The position numbers and the translations under genes were made by a program. The notes beneath the pieces were generated by a model, which searched no databases, was not told where the DNA came from, and saw only the letters and a program-made list of their open reading frames with translations. 64,000 bases of DNA from an uncultured Gemmatimonadales bacterium (GTDB lineage Bacteria > Gemmatimonadota > Gemmatimonadetes > Longimicrobiales > RSA9): contig OY970192.1 of the NCBI GenBank assembly GCA_963708135.1, positions 4,384,001 to 4,448,000 on the forward strand. Reading direction: 5' to 3'. Below, in pieces: positions 19,401-29,008 of the stretch. Position 1 is the first letter of the stretch, and each line of letters begins with the position of its first letter.

Positions 19401-19659
19401 CGGCCTGCTCGCGCATGGCGGCGCGGAGCGACTCCTTCAGGTCGGCGGCGGCGGCGTTGGTGAAGGTGATGGCCGCGATCCGGTCGAGCTCGCAGCGGCG
19501 CTCCGGGGGCGGCGGCGGGATGTCGGGCAGGGCGGCGCCGAGCAGGTGCATTATCTTGCCGACGAGCGTGGTGGTCTTGCCGGAGCCCGCGCCCGCCTCG
19601 ATGAGCAGGTGCGTGGTGCGCCCGATCGCCTCGCGTTGCGCCTCGGTGTAGGGCCTCAT
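16435..19659 (-). CDS. addA: AddA-like UvrD helicase/nuclease
   Basis: AGAGSGKT, TIHAFC, IDEFQD, VGDPKQSIYRFRRAD, TIHGAKGLEW and C-terminal D...VDYKS nuclease. ATG overlaps the addB stop (ATGA). Confidence 0.88.
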   Translation of the reverse strand: MRPYTEAQREAIGRTTHLLIEAGAGSGKTTTLVGKIMHLLGAALPDIPPPPPERRCELDRIAAITFTNAAAADLKESLRAAMREQAALTGERIWRRRVHQVERARIGTIHAFCGSVLREFGLRAGLDPGFRVLDEAESALLRRDAVREEVFASMSGPPAGAAVGALLARFGLRATTALVEGALAAGEATRHAYAAWCEGLDGAARTARLRSLLESRGAPWRRHDDAAAELAAAAAGLACRARDRLDAMLDRERALDFDALIYRARDLLRDRADVLAALRARLRWLFIDEFQDTDPAQKAIAYALCGLPAELPQAPRLCIVGDPKQSIYRFRRADVRLWNRVAADFRRLGSEPVRLDVNFRSRAPIVDYVNAVFAPLIGDEARAQADPHEVAYTPLRPHRGDDGEAGLVEVLLVPGGSADARRTEEAERVVARMLELTRGGLMWKSFAILFRTRTALGHYEAALRRHRVPYRVGGNTGFFDRREVADLHMLMAWLADPADDVALAAILRSPFVALSDATLLRVRLAAERGRPLRRGLHADVPEPAQRERLEEGRRWLERLRALRDRVPPAALLERALEESGYVAQLLFEEGGDVAAANVRKLLALAAAHPAWSLRELVDFLEARAGAETEAEAGLHTEGENVVTLSTIHGAKGLEWPVVVLADLESDIAGGGGRDAGLFLDPEDGIAIRCEDDDADKDERLPGAYEHLRERDRAASRIEEKRIWYVGATRARDRLILCVGDGAFSIEPWKDAPAGAAVSVEADAKKAAQWLCHALARDGGELRYAWDGVRWTGALRTGIDAAPAAAEPPEPPDPEELDSASGDDALAARMAPVPAPPDRRVHSATELMAFRRSRWDHRRTYDLGLPPRFGSDVAATGRDGGLAGADVGTMLHGILERLRTLADLEALLDRELGGTMGPEDAQDARARLREELAGMVERTARHPRVAPLLAEDARAERELAFTWILPAGEAAEHPVLVRGALDLAGLGERAVGDVVDYKSNLIRPGQEAREAAKYALQRDVYVAALLELTGLPPERFSFLFSRTGSAVEKEPTPPEAEAARVRVAEMIGELLERAP

Positions 19660-22600
19660 CCGTGGTACTCCCGGCAGACGGCGCGCGCGGCGCAGTAGGC
19701 GGGGCAGGCGCAGCCGGTCGGGGTGGCGGCGGGGAAACGCCCGGCCGCGATGTTCGTGGCATGCTCGATCGCGTGGCGGACGGCGGCCTCGATCTCCTCG
19801 GTGGCCTTCCGCTGCTTCTCGGTCTCCTCGCGCTTGATGCCGGCCTTGACCAGCGAGGTGGGCGAGAGCGACGCCTTGTGGTCGGGGTCGCCGATGATCT
19901 GGTAGCTGCCGCCCCACACGCCGAGGCCCGCCTCGCCCACCGCCTCGAGGGCGCGCATGTAGATCGGCAGCTGGAGGAGCGCGCCCGCCGCCCGCCGCGC
20001 GCCAATGTGGTCGAACGCGGCCGCGCTCGTCTTGTGGTCCACCACGTAGCGCCAGCCGCGGGCGCGCGGGTCGACGATCTCGTCCACCCTGTCGATGCGG
20101 CCGCGCACGCGGATGCTCCGGCCGTCCGCCTCGATCTCGACCGTCTCCCACTGGTCGCCCGGCGCGCCGAAGGCGAGCTCCGTGAAGAGCGGCGCCCGCG
20201 CGGGCCGGACGGTCGAGCCCTTTGCGTTCTCGGCCATCTCCCAGTGGACGTAGCGCATGAGCATCCGGCGCAGATTGGCCAGCCGCGGCTCGCGCAGCTC
20301 GGGGGCACCCGCCCAGCCGCCGTCGCCTTCCGCTTCGAGCTCTTCGGGGAGGATGCGCTCGAGCAGCGCGGCGGCATCGTCCTCGTGCGCCGGATCGAGC
20401 GCCGCATCGCCGTAGCGGTCGCGCAGCTCCACGTCGAGCCGGGCTAGCGTGGCATGCAGGACCTTGCCGCGGGTGGCGGCGTCCAGGTCGTCATCCGCCT
20501 CATCGACGGAGGCGAGGCCCAGCACCTGCTCGGCGAAGAAGCGGAAGCCGCAGAAGCCGTAGGTCTCGAGCCGGCTGGCACTCCACGGCCGCTCGCCCCA
20601 GCGCGCGCGCAGCGCCTCCCGCAGGTCCGCGGCGTCGATCCGACCGTTGTAGGCGTGGAGCCGCTCGAGCCGGCTCGCGGTCTCCGACTCCCGCGTGCGC
20701 GCCCGGACCCACTCGACCCAGGCGCCGCGGAGCGCCCCTCGGGTGGGGCCCGGCGCCGCGTCGAGCAGCGTCCGCAGCAGCGCGCGGGGCCGCGCGTGCC
20801 CGGACGGCTGGTCCCGCCAATCCCGCGCGGCGAACAGCAGCGCCTCGCCCGGCGAGCGGATGGCGGCGAGGTCCGAGGGCACGAGCGCGGAGCCGGGGGG
20901 CCGCCGCGCCCACGCCTCAAGGTCCGTTCCGAGCAGCAGCGCGCACTCCTCGAGGTAGGGCGAGGCGAGGCGGGCGGCGCCGCCGGGGTCCGCGGCCGCG
21001 TAGCTCAACGCGAGCGTCCGCCTCGCGCCGGCCACGAGCTCGCGGAAGAGAGAGGCCTCCCGGGCGAACCACGCGGCCTCGGGCCGGAAGGGCAGCCCGG
21101 CGCGCTCGAGCGCCTCCGCCTCCTGATCCGAGAAGAGCGGCTGCGCCGGCGGATCGGCGGGGATCTCGCCGGCGGCCATGCCGATGATGAACAGGTGGTC
21201 GAAGGGGCGGCCGACCGCGGCGAGCGACTCGAGCACGTGGACCCCGCCGCGCTCCGGCGTCCAGAGGGCGAAGTCGGCATCCTGGAGGCGCGAGGTCAGC
21301 TCCGCGTGCCACGCGGCGGGCTCGAGCGGGCCGTCCGCCTCCGGATCGAGGGCGAGCGCGCGCCGCCAGTCGCGGAGCGCGTCGGTGGCCGTGGCGAGGC
21401 CCTGGAGGTCCAGCCGCACGGCCTCGACGGCCAGCGGGTCGGCCTCGCGGCCGCCGGGGAGCGCACGGGCGCAGTGCTCCAGCCGCCACGGCGCATCCGC
21501 GTCCGCCTCGCCGAGCACCCGGAGCGCGAGGTCGATCCAGGCCGAGCGGCGGCGGGTTTCCTCGAGGGCGGCGGCGTGCGCGGCGAAGCCCTCGATCCGC
21601 TCGGCGGCCGCGCGCAGCCGCGTCGCCGACGGGCCGCGCGGCCGCGGCTCGGCCTCGTCCGCTTCCGCGGCTTCGGCCCGCGCCGCGAGGCCTTCGAGCA
21701 CCGTCCGCCACCGGGCCAGCGTGTCGGGCCGAGCCTGGCCCGCGGCGAAGGCCAGCGCGCCGCCGTCCAGGTCGAGCTCGAAGTACGGCGACTCCGCCAG
21801 GTCGAGCAGCACGCGCCGGCTCCAGCCTTCCGCCGCCACCCGGAAGAGCCGCAGCAGCGCCGCCACCGCCGGAATCTCCGCCGCGCGGTAGCGGATCCTG
21901 GCCGTCACGGGCACCCCCTGCCGGCGGAGCTCGTGGGCCAGGCGCGGCCCCTCCGGCCGGAGCGCCCGCACCACCACGGCGATCCTGCGCGGCTCCACGC
22001 GCTCCTCCGCGATCAGCCGCTTGGCCTCGCGCGCCACGTCGGCCAGCTCGCGCGCGCCGTCCGGCAGGACCGCCGCACCCACACCGGCCGCACCCTCGTC
22101 CTCCGCGCCGCCGTCCTGCGTCAGGAAGAGCTCGGCCGAGAGCCGGGCGATCCCGGCGGGGCGGGGCGCCGCCTCGAGGGCGACGACCTCGTCCGCGCGC
22201 CGCCGGAGCGCCTCGACCAGCTCGTGCTCCGCCAGCCGCTCCAGCGGCGCGGCCCGCGGCGAGGCGGCGAGAACGAGGACACGCAGCTCGCGGATCGCGG
22301 CGGACTCGCGCAGCGCATCCAGCAGCAGCTCCCAGCCGCCGCTCAGGTCGGTCAGCCCGAGCAGCCACAGGTCGAGCGGCCGGCCGGCCGGCGCGAACGG
22401 CCGCGCGAGGCGCCGCGCGAGCCGCCCGGGATCGTTGCGGACCACGCGGGCTGCCCGCGCCGCCGCATCCCGCCCGTCCACCCGCGGCCGACCGCCCAGG
22501 GGCGGCAGCGCCGCCACGGCCTCGAGCCAGTCCGCGTAGAGCGTGCGCAGGTCGGCGTCGCGGGCACGCTCCCACGCCCCGCCGCTCAGCCGCTCCAGCG

Positions 22601-23006
22601 CCTCGGCCAGTCGGTCGAGCGCGACCTCCACGGCCGCCAGCCGGCCGAACAGCTCGTCGAGCGCGCGCACCAGCCCGCGCAGGTGGCGGATCGCGCCGAA
22701 CGCCGCCAGATCCGGGCGGCGCAGCAGCCGCGCGATGAGCGTCTCGCGCTCGAAGGACGTGAGCGCGGCGACGTCGCCATCCGAGATCCGCTCGAGCAGC
22801 TCGCGGAAGACGAGGATGGGCTCGCCGAGCCACCCGGCGCAGCCCGCGGCCGCCGCGCGCGCGAGCACCTCCTCGCGCTGCCCGCCCTGGCGCACCGCCA
22901 GCAGCGGCAGCGGCTCGGCCGGACGGCCCTGAACGGCGAACGGCGCCGCGGCCGCCGCGAGGAGCGACTCCGCATCGGGCGCGTGGACGAGAATCAGCCG
23001 GGCCAT
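19656..23006 (-). CDS. addB: AddB-like PD-(D/E)XK nuclease subunit
   Basis: SASRLETYGFCGFRFF, RGRIDRVD...VDHKT, LQLPIY and C-terminal Fe-S-type Cys cluster (CACPAYC...VCR); coupled to addA. Confidence 0.85.
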   Translation of the reverse strand: MARLILVHAPDAESLLAAAAAPFAVQGRPAEPLPLLAVRQGGQREEVLARAAAAGCAGWLGEPILVFRELLERISDGDVAALTSFERETLIARLLRRPDLAAFGAIRHLRGLVRALDELFGRLAAVEVALDRLAEALERLSGGAWERARDADLRTLYADWLEAVAALPPLGGRPRVDGRDAAARAARVVRNDPGRLARRLARPFAPAGRPLDLWLLGLTDLSGGWELLLDALRESAAIRELRVLVLAASPRAAPLERLAEHELVEALRRRADEVVALEAAPRPAGIARLSAELFLTQDGGAEDEGAAGVGAAVLPDGARELADVAREAKRLIAEERVEPRRIAVVVRALRPEGPRLAHELRRQGVPVTARIRYRAAEIPAVAALLRLFRVAAEGWSRRVLLDLAESPYFELDLDGGALAFAAGQARPDTLARWRTVLEGLAARAEAAEADEAEPRPRGPSATRLRAAAERIEGFAAHAAALEETRRRSAWIDLALRVLGEADADAPWRLEHCARALPGGREADPLAVEAVRLDLQGLATATDALRDWRRALALDPEADGPLEPAAWHAELTSRLQDADFALWTPERGGVHVLESLAAVGRPFDHLFIIGMAAGEIPADPPAQPLFSDQEAEALERAGLPFRPEAAWFAREASLFRELVAGARRTLALSYAAADPGGAARLASPYLEECALLLGTDLEAWARRPPGSALVPSDLAAIRSPGEALLFAARDWRDQPSGHARPRALLRTLLDAAPGPTRGALRGAWVEWVRARTRESETASRLERLHAYNGRIDAADLREALRARWGERPWSASRLETYGFCGFRFFAEQVLGLASVDEADDDLDAATRGKVLHATLARLDVELRDRYGDAALDPAHEDDAAALLERILPEELEAEGDGGWAGAPELREPRLANLRRMLMRYVHWEMAENAKGSTVRPARAPLFTELAFGAPGDQWETVEIEADGRSIRVRGRIDRVDEIVDPRARGWRYVVDHKTSAAAFDHIGARRAAGALLQLPIYMRALEAVGEAGLGVWGGSYQIIGDPDHKASLSPTSLVKAGIKREETEKQRKATEEIEAAVRHAIEHATNIAAGRFPAATPTGCACPAYCAARAVCREYHG

Positions 23007-23256
23007 CGGTCCATCGTGGGGAGCGTGCTTCGGGGTGTGCGGACCCCCGGAGAATAGCGGGCGGGACCCCGCCCAGCCAGTGGTGCCGCGGCGGATCCGC
23101 CGGAGTCGGCCATCCGTCGGGTTCGCGGAGGGCTCGGCCGGATGCGTACGGGCGGGATCGGGCGGTTGATCCCGCGGCAGCCCCGCGCTACCTTCGCCGG
23201 GGCGGGCCCCCCGCGAGATTGCTCCACCGCAGACGCTCCGACGGAGGAGGGACGAG

Positions 23257-23436
23257 ATGGCGCGCATCGAGCTCACGGACGAGGAGAGCGCCGCGCTGCG
23301 CGAGGTCCTGCAGAGCACGATCTCCGATCTGCACTCCGAGATCATCCACACCGACAGCTTCGACTACCGCGAGCGGCTGAAGCACGAGCGCGAGGTGCTC
23401 TCCGCAATCCTGAAGCGGCTCGGCAAGGGCGGCTGA
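23257..23436 (+). CDS. Small helical hypothetical protein (59 aa; missing from the ORF track)
   Basis: GGAGGAGG RBS; MARIELTDEESAALREVLQSTISDLHSEIIHTDSFDYRERLKHEREVLSAILKRLGKGG*; GC3-rich codon use. Confidence 0.8.
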   Translation: MARIELTDEESAALREVLQSTISDLHSEIIHTDSFDYRERLKHEREVLSAILKRLGKGG

Positions 23437-23583
23437 GGCGACGGGCCCCGGCGCCGCCACCGCCGCAAAGGCGCTTCCGCCCGCGCCCGCGGCGTGCTAC
23501 TTTCGAGGCCGACCGAACCTGCGGCGCGGTGCCGCGGGGGACGGGCCGCGATCTCGACCATTCCCTCAATGAAAGGCGATCCA

Positions 23584-23865
23584 ATGGCGGACGCGAAGAA
23601 GGGCGGGAGCAAGCGGAAGCTGAACCCGGCGCTCATGAAGCCAATGCAGCCGAGCCCGGCCCTCGGTGCCGTGGTGGGCAACAACGCCATGCCCCGTTCC
23701 GAGGTCACGAAGAAGGTGTGGGACTACATCAAGGCGCACGGCCTCCAGGACTCCCAGAACCGCCGCATGATCAACGCCGACGACAAGCTGCGTCCCGTCT
23801 TCGGCGGCAAGGCCCAGGTCTCGATGTTCGAGATGACCAAGCTCGTCAACCAGCACCTCTCCTGA
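23584..23865 (+). CDS. SWIB/MDM2 domain protein
   Basis: PSPALGAVVG...RSEVTKKVWDYIKAHGLQD...INADDKL...MFEMTKLVNQHL. Confidence 0.92.
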   Translation: MADAKKGGSKRKLNPALMKPMQPSPALGAVVGNNAMPRSEVTKKVWDYIKAHGLQDSQNRRMINADDKLRPVFGGKAQVSMFEMTKLVNQHLS

Positions 23866-24252
23866 CCGACCCGCCCCACGCCCGCCCGTGAGCGCGGGCC
23901 GAGGACGACGCCGGAACCCCGCTCCGCCCGGACTTTGGATCCGGGCGGAGCTCGTTTTCCCCGGCCTTTCGCTCCCGGCCGCGCCAGCCGCCGCCGCCCT
24001 CCCGCCGCTCCCCATGCCTCCCACCTCTTTGCGCTCCTCCCATTCCTCTCCACCCGCCGCGGGGACGCGGGGCAACCCTGCGAGCGAGACCGGGCATCCA
24101 ACGCACCGGGCGCGGCGGGCCGTGTGGTGCGGGGCGGGATGGTGCCCGGCCGGCCGCGGCCCGGCCGCAGAGATGGTCCCGCCCTTGCGGCCGGACGGAA
24201 CCAGACGGGGGCGCGCCACGTAGGGTGAGAGGGACTCCTTCGAGGACGGCGG

Positions 24253-26727
24253 ATGTCACGACCGGACGAGTGGTGGGACACGGCATGGCGGCGGGCGCGC
24301 CGGGCGGCGCGCGCGCTGGACGCGCGCGTCCGTCGGCTGGACGCGCGCATCCTGGACGCCGCCCGCGCCGGCTGGCGGCGGGCCTCGCCCGCGCTCGGCC
24401 GCGCCGTTCGCCCGCTCGGGCGGCTGGCCGCGCCGCTCGGTCGCTTCGCGCCCCGCCGGACGTGGCGCCGGCTCGCCGCGGCGGGGCGGATGCGCGCGCT
24501 GCTGGGCTGGGCGCGGGCGCACGCGCCGCGGCCGGCGCAGCTCGCGGTGCTGGTCGGCGTGATCCTGCTGGTGGACTGGGGGCTGTGGGAGACGTGCGGG
24601 CTCGGCGGCTGCCCGGACGTGGCGCGGCTCACCTCGTATCAGCCGGGCGGCGCGTCGGCGCTGCTCGACAGGCACGGCCGCAAGTTCGCGGACCTGCGCC
24701 CGTTCGACCGCGCGGTGGTCCGGCTCTCGTCGCTGCCCGACTACGTGGCGAAGGCGTTTGTGGCGGTGGAGGACAAGCGCTTCTACCAGCACCACGGAGT
24801 GGACTGGCGGAGGGTCGTCGGCTCGGCGCTCGCCGACCTGCGGGCGGGCGCGCCGGCGGAGGGCTTCAGCACCCTGTCCATGCAGCTCGCGCGAAACGTC
24901 TGGCACGACCGGATCCCGGGCGAGGAGCGTACGCTGCGCCGGAAGCTGCTGGAGATCCGGGTGGCGCGCGAGATCGAGCACCGCTTCACCAAGCCGGAGA
25001 TCCTCGAGCTGTACCTGAACCACATCTATTTCGGTGAGGGGGCGTACGGGATCGAGGCGGCGGCGGAGAACTACTTCCACGAGCACTCGAAGGACCTCGA
25101 CCTGGCGCAGGCCGCCACCCTCGCCGCGCTGCCCAAGGCACCCTCGACCTACGATCCCCGGCGGCACCCGGAGCGGGCACGCACGCGGCGCAACCTCGTG
25201 CTCGCGCTCATGGTCGAGCAGAAGCGCGCGAGCCCCGCGGCCGCCCGGAAAGCGAGCGCGGAGAAGCTCGGGGTGCCGCGCCACCCGCCGCGCACGCTCG
25301 AGCCGCCCGGCTTCGCGCGCTACTACGTCGAGGAGGTGCGCCGGGAGCTCGAGGACCGCTTCGGCGACGAGATCTACGATACGCCGCTCCGAATCGTCAC
25401 CACGCTGGACGTGGACGCCGAGAAGGCGGCGGAGCAGGAGCTGGCGCACCAGCTGCACTGGATCGAGCGGGGCGGGCTCGGCCGCGAGCACGGGCCGCGC
25501 TACGGCGCGTCGGACGCGGTGACGGAGGACGGCACGAAGTACCTGCAGGGCGCCGTCGTCGTCATGGACGTGCATTCCGGCGACGTGCTGGCGCTGGTGG
25601 GCGGGCGCGACTACCGCGATTCCGGCTACGACCGTGCTCTCGAGGCGCACCGCCAGCTGGGCAGCGCGTTCAAGCCGTTCGTCTACGCCACGGCGCTGCT
25701 CCAGGGCTACGTCCCGACGCAGCCGATCATGGACGAGCCCGTGCGCGTGGGCCGCGGCCGCAACGCCTGGGAGCCGAGAAACTACGATGGCCGGTTCCGC
25801 GGCGTCATGACCATGCGCGATGCGCTCGTGCACTCGGAGAACGTGCCGGCCGTGCGGCTCGCGCTGAGGGTCGGTGAAGGCGACGTCGCGCGCGTCGCGC
25901 ACCAGGTCGGCATTCGCTCCGACATCCCGTCGACGCCGTCCATGGCGCTGGGCACCGCGGAGGTTTCGCCGCTCGAGGTGACCTCCGCCTACACCGCCTT
26001 CGCCTCGCTCGGCCGGCGCGCCGAGCCCCGCCTCATCCGGCGCGTGCTCGACTACGACGGCCACGTGCTGTGGGCGCCGGAGGAGAGGGGCGAGAACGTG
26101 ATCGACCCCGGCGTCGCCTACGTGGTGACCGACATGCTGCGCGACGTGGTGGACCGCGGCACCGGCGCGGCCGTCCGGCAGGTCGGCTTCTGGGGCGCCG
26201 CGGCCGGCAAGACCGGCACCACCAGCGACAACACCGATGCCTGGTTCGTCGGCTATACCCCCGACATCGCCGCGTCCGTCTGGATCGGCTTCGACGCCCG
26301 ACGCCCGATCGCCCACGCGGCCACCGGCGGCGGCGCCGCCGCGCCCGTGTGGGGACGCATCATGCGCCGCATCTACGCGCACCGGCCGATGCCCCAGGAG
26401 TGGGGCCGCCCCTCCGACGTCGTGCTGCTCCCCGTCGATCCGCCCACCGGCCTCGTGCTCCAGGCCGGCTGCCGGCCGAGCGAGGGCGACGCCGCCTCCG
26501 AGGTCTTCCTCGCCTCCCGCGTCCCCGCGTCCGTCTGCCCCCGCGACGAGCGCGAGGATGATACCGTCGGCGGCGTCATCGGCAGCGTGTGGGCCGCCGT
26601 GCGCGGCATCTTCGGCGGCCACGACTACCGCCCGCCGCCCCCGCCCCCCGCGCCCAGCTCCGAGGCGCCCGGCCCCACGGATCCCCTGCTCGGCGCGCCC
26701 CGGCTGCCGATGGAGTCGCCGGCGTGA
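24253..26727 (+). CDS. Class A penicillin-binding protein (PBP1A family)
   Basis: Transglycosylase motifs EDKRFYQHHGVD, GFSTLSMQLARN, RKLLE; transpeptidase SAFK, SEN, KTG. Start uncertain. Confidence 0.92.
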   Translation: MSRPDEWWDTAWRRARRAARALDARVRRLDARILDAARAGWRRASPALGRAVRPLGRLAAPLGRFAPRRTWRRLAAAGRMRALLGWARAHAPRPAQLAVLVGVILLVDWGLWETCGLGGCPDVARLTSYQPGGASALLDRHGRKFADLRPFDRAVVRLSSLPDYVAKAFVAVEDKRFYQHHGVDWRRVVGSALADLRAGAPAEGFSTLSMQLARNVWHDRIPGEERTLRRKLLEIRVAREIEHRFTKPEILELYLNHIYFGEGAYGIEAAAENYFHEHSKDLDLAQAATLAALPKAPSTYDPRRHPERARTRRNLVLALMVEQKRASPAAARKASAEKLGVPRHPPRTLEPPGFARYYVEEVRRELEDRFGDEIYDTPLRIVTTLDVDAEKAAEQELAHQLHWIERGGLGREHGPRYGASDAVTEDGTKYLQGAVVVMDVHSGDVLALVGGRDYRDSGYDRALEAHRQLGSAFKPFVYATALLQGYVPTQPIMDEPVRVGRGRNAWEPRNYDGRFRGVMTMRDALVHSENVPAVRLALRVGEGDVARVAHQVGIRSDIPSTPSMALGTAEVSPLEVTSAYTAFASLGRRAEPRLIRRVLDYDGHVLWAPEERGENVIDPGVAYVVTDMLRDVVDRGTGAAVRQVGFWGAAAGKTGTTSDNTDAWFVGYTPDIAASVWIGFDARRPIAHAATGGGAAAPVWGRIMRRIYAHRPMPQEWGRPSDVVLLPVDPPTGLVLQAGCRPSEGDAASEVFLASRVPASVCPRDEREDDTVGGVIGSVWAAVRGIFGGHDYRPPPPPPAPSSEAPGPTDPLLGAPRLPMESPA

Positions 26728-26755
26728 TAGACCCTTCCTCCCGGCCTTGCCGCCA

Positions 26756-26781
26756 GAGTGGGGGAGCGGGAGAGTGGGGGA
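26756..26781. repeat. 8-nt-period repeat (GAGTGGGG/GAGCGGGA); second copy at about 50397-50422
   Basis: Direct sequence comparison; both copies follow stop codons between convergent genes. Confidence 0.6.
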
Positions 26782-26842
26782 TCCCGGGCCGGCCTCGGCT
26801 CGCCCGGCGGGATGCCGGGCCTCACGACCTGCGCGGGGCCGC

Positions 26843-28846
26843 CTACGGCATCACCATCCTCGCCGTCACCTCGACCGCCCGCGGCTGCCCGGGCGAGACG
26901 AAGCCGCCGGCCCTGAGCTCCGGGTACTTGCGGTCGAGCAGGTTGCGGACGCCGGCCTCGAGCAGCACGCGGCCGATCAGGCGGCCGGCGGAGGCGTGCA
27001 GCAGCGCGTAGCCGGGAAGCACGACGCCCGGCTCGTCGAAGGGTGAGTAGGGCCCGACCAGGTTCGTCGCCAGGCGCAGCTGGATGCGGTCGGGGCTGCC
27101 GTAGTCGAGCGCGGCGCTGCCCACGTATTTCGCGGTGTTGTAGACGCGCGCGCCGTTCAGCGTGTCGCCGTCCTCGGTCACGAGGTGCAGGTAGCGCGCG
27201 TCGTTGAAGGTCACGTCCGCGCTCGCGGCCAGGAGCGGCAGGGGCTCCACGCGGCCGTCGATCTCGATGCCCTGCCGGCGGCTCGCGCCGCCGCTCGTGG
27301 TGGCGAGGGTGATCGGGTTGAAGGTCTGCTCGTTGCTCACGTTCATGCGGAAGAGGGCGATGCCGAGGTAGCCCGGCCCGCCGCTCAGCTTCACGCCGGA
27401 CTCGTACGCCCACTCGGTGATGAACGGCAGCGAGGGGTCCTCGATCACGCCGTCGGTCTGCCGGAACCCGCGCGAGACGTTGCCGTAGACCGCCACGCCG
27501 CGGTGCACGCTCAGCAGCGCGCCGACCTTGGGGGAGAGGGTGCCCTTGGTGGCGCTCGAGGCGATGTCGCCCGTCGGCGCCGAGCGCGTGGAGAGCACGT
27601 CCCAGCGGCCGCCGAGGTTCAGCCGCAGCGGGCCGGCCTCCACGTCCGAGGCCACGAACACCCCCCCCGACATCTGCCGCGCCGAGACCAGCAGCTGCGG
27701 CTCGTCGCGCACACGGCGCGTGGTCAGCCAGTTCTGGTAGTCGGAGTGGTCGAGCCGCTCCTGCGTGCCGACGGTCAGGTCCACGTGTGGCAACACCCAG
27801 GTCAGAGCGCTCGTCAGCCCGAAGCCGTAGCGACGGTCCTCCTCCTCCGTCTGGCTGCCCGTCCCCTCCTGCAGCCCGCCCTCCGGCGGCGTGGTCAGGT
27901 AGAGCTGCCAGCGGCCCTGCGTGGAGTAGAGCGTCGAGCGCCACATCATCGACGGCGTGGCCTGCACGCGCAGGCTCACTCGCTCCTGCGCCCGGCGCTT
28001 GAAGCCGCCGTCAGTGCGATCGGCGACGACGTCGTAGCTGCCCGCGTCGTACTGCGCCAGGGTGAGAAAGCCGGGAGACTGCCACCCGGCGCCGTAGAGG
28101 TTCACGCCGCCGTCGATCGCCACGCTCGGCGAGAGGTTGCGCACGAGCTTGCCGTAGGCCTGGCCGAGGCGCCAGTCGTCGTTCACCCGCCAGCCGCCGT
28201 CGCGCTGGGCGCGGATGCCGAGCACGCCGCTCGAGCCGCCGTGGTCGAAGCCGGAGAGCAGCGTCGCGGACGCACGGCCGAACGAGCCGCCGGAGACCCA
28301 GCCGCGGCTCCCCTGCATCCCCTGCAGCGTGCGCACGTTCACCACGCCCGCCAGCGCGAAGTTGCCGAACAGCGGGCTCGTCGGCCCCTTGATCACCTCG
28401 ATGTCGGCGATCGACTGCGGGAAGAGCAGGCTCCAGTCGTTGTAGCCCTCGGCGTGGCCGTTCACGGGCTCGTTCACCGGCACTCCATCGATCCAGAGCG
28501 CCAGGTCGGTCGAGTGGTCGGAGCTGAAGCCCCGCACCGAGGCGTCCGACGCGAAGCCCGGACCCTGCCCCTGCTGGTGCACCTCGAGACCCGCCGCCTG
28601 CCGCAGCAGCTCCCAGCTCGTGGTGCTCGTGGAGAGCGCCCGCCGCACCGCCGGCGCCGGCACCTCCGTCGAGCTCACGGGCGCGCCCCGGCGCGTGGGG
28701 GTGGATGTGACGGTAATGGCTTGCAGCTGGTACGCCGGGTGCGCGGCCGTGTCCGGCCGCGCACCCGCGGTGTCGCGCTGCTGCGCGGCCAGCCCGGCGG
28801 GCAGCGCGCAGCACGCGAGCACGACGAGCAAGGATGGTCGGAACAT
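26843..28846 (-). CDS. TonB-dependent receptor
   Basis: Signal peptide, TonB-box-like AITVTS, plug VRGF...IDGVPVN...IEVIKGPTSPLFG, C-terminal NLLDRKY...PGQPR. Confidence 0.92.
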   Translation of the reverse strand: MFRPSLLVVLACCALPAGLAAQQRDTAGARPDTAAHPAYQLQAITVTSTPTRRGAPVSSTEVPAPAVRRALSTSTTSWELLRQAAGLEVHQQGQGPGFASDASVRGFSSDHSTDLALWIDGVPVNEPVNGHAEGYNDWSLLFPQSIADIEVIKGPTSPLFGNFALAGVVNVRTLQGMQGSRGWVSGGSFGRASATLLSGFDHGGSSGVLGIRAQRDGGWRVNDDWRLGQAYGKLVRNLSPSVAIDGGVNLYGAGWQSPGFLTLAQYDAGSYDVVADRTDGGFKRRAQERVSLRVQATPSMMWRSTLYSTQGRWQLYLTTPPEGGLQEGTGSQTEEEDRRYGFGLTSALTWVLPHVDLTVGTQERLDHSDYQNWLTTRRVRDEPQLLVSARQMSGGVFVASDVEAGPLRLNLGGRWDVLSTRSAPTGDIASSATKGTLSPKVGALLSVHRGVAVYGNVSRGFRQTDGVIEDPSLPFITEWAYESGVKLSGGPGYLGIALFRMNVSNEQTFNPITLATTSGGASRRQGIEIDGRVEPLPLLAASADVTFNDARYLHLVTEDGDTLNGARVYNTAKYVGSAALDYGSPDRIQLRLATNLVGPYSPFDEPGVVLPGYALLHASAGRLIGRVLLEAGVRNLLDRKYPELRAGGFVSPGQPRAVEVTARMVMP

Positions 28847-29008
28847 CGTGTGGGACTCCTTCCGCTTTATGCCGGACGCGGGCCGGCGTCCGCCGGATGG
28901 AGCGGACGCCGCCGGCGCGATCGGCGGCTGTCGGTTCGGTTCGATCGAAGCGGGTGTCGCGAGTTGCCCGTCAGCAACACATGCAGGCGCGCATGCGTGC
29001 CCGACGGA

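Noticed and set aside
16435..23006. Helicase-nuclease pair as an anti-phage defence system
   Set aside because: Motifs, Fe-S cysteines and the addB-addA order match ordinary AddAB-type recombination repair.
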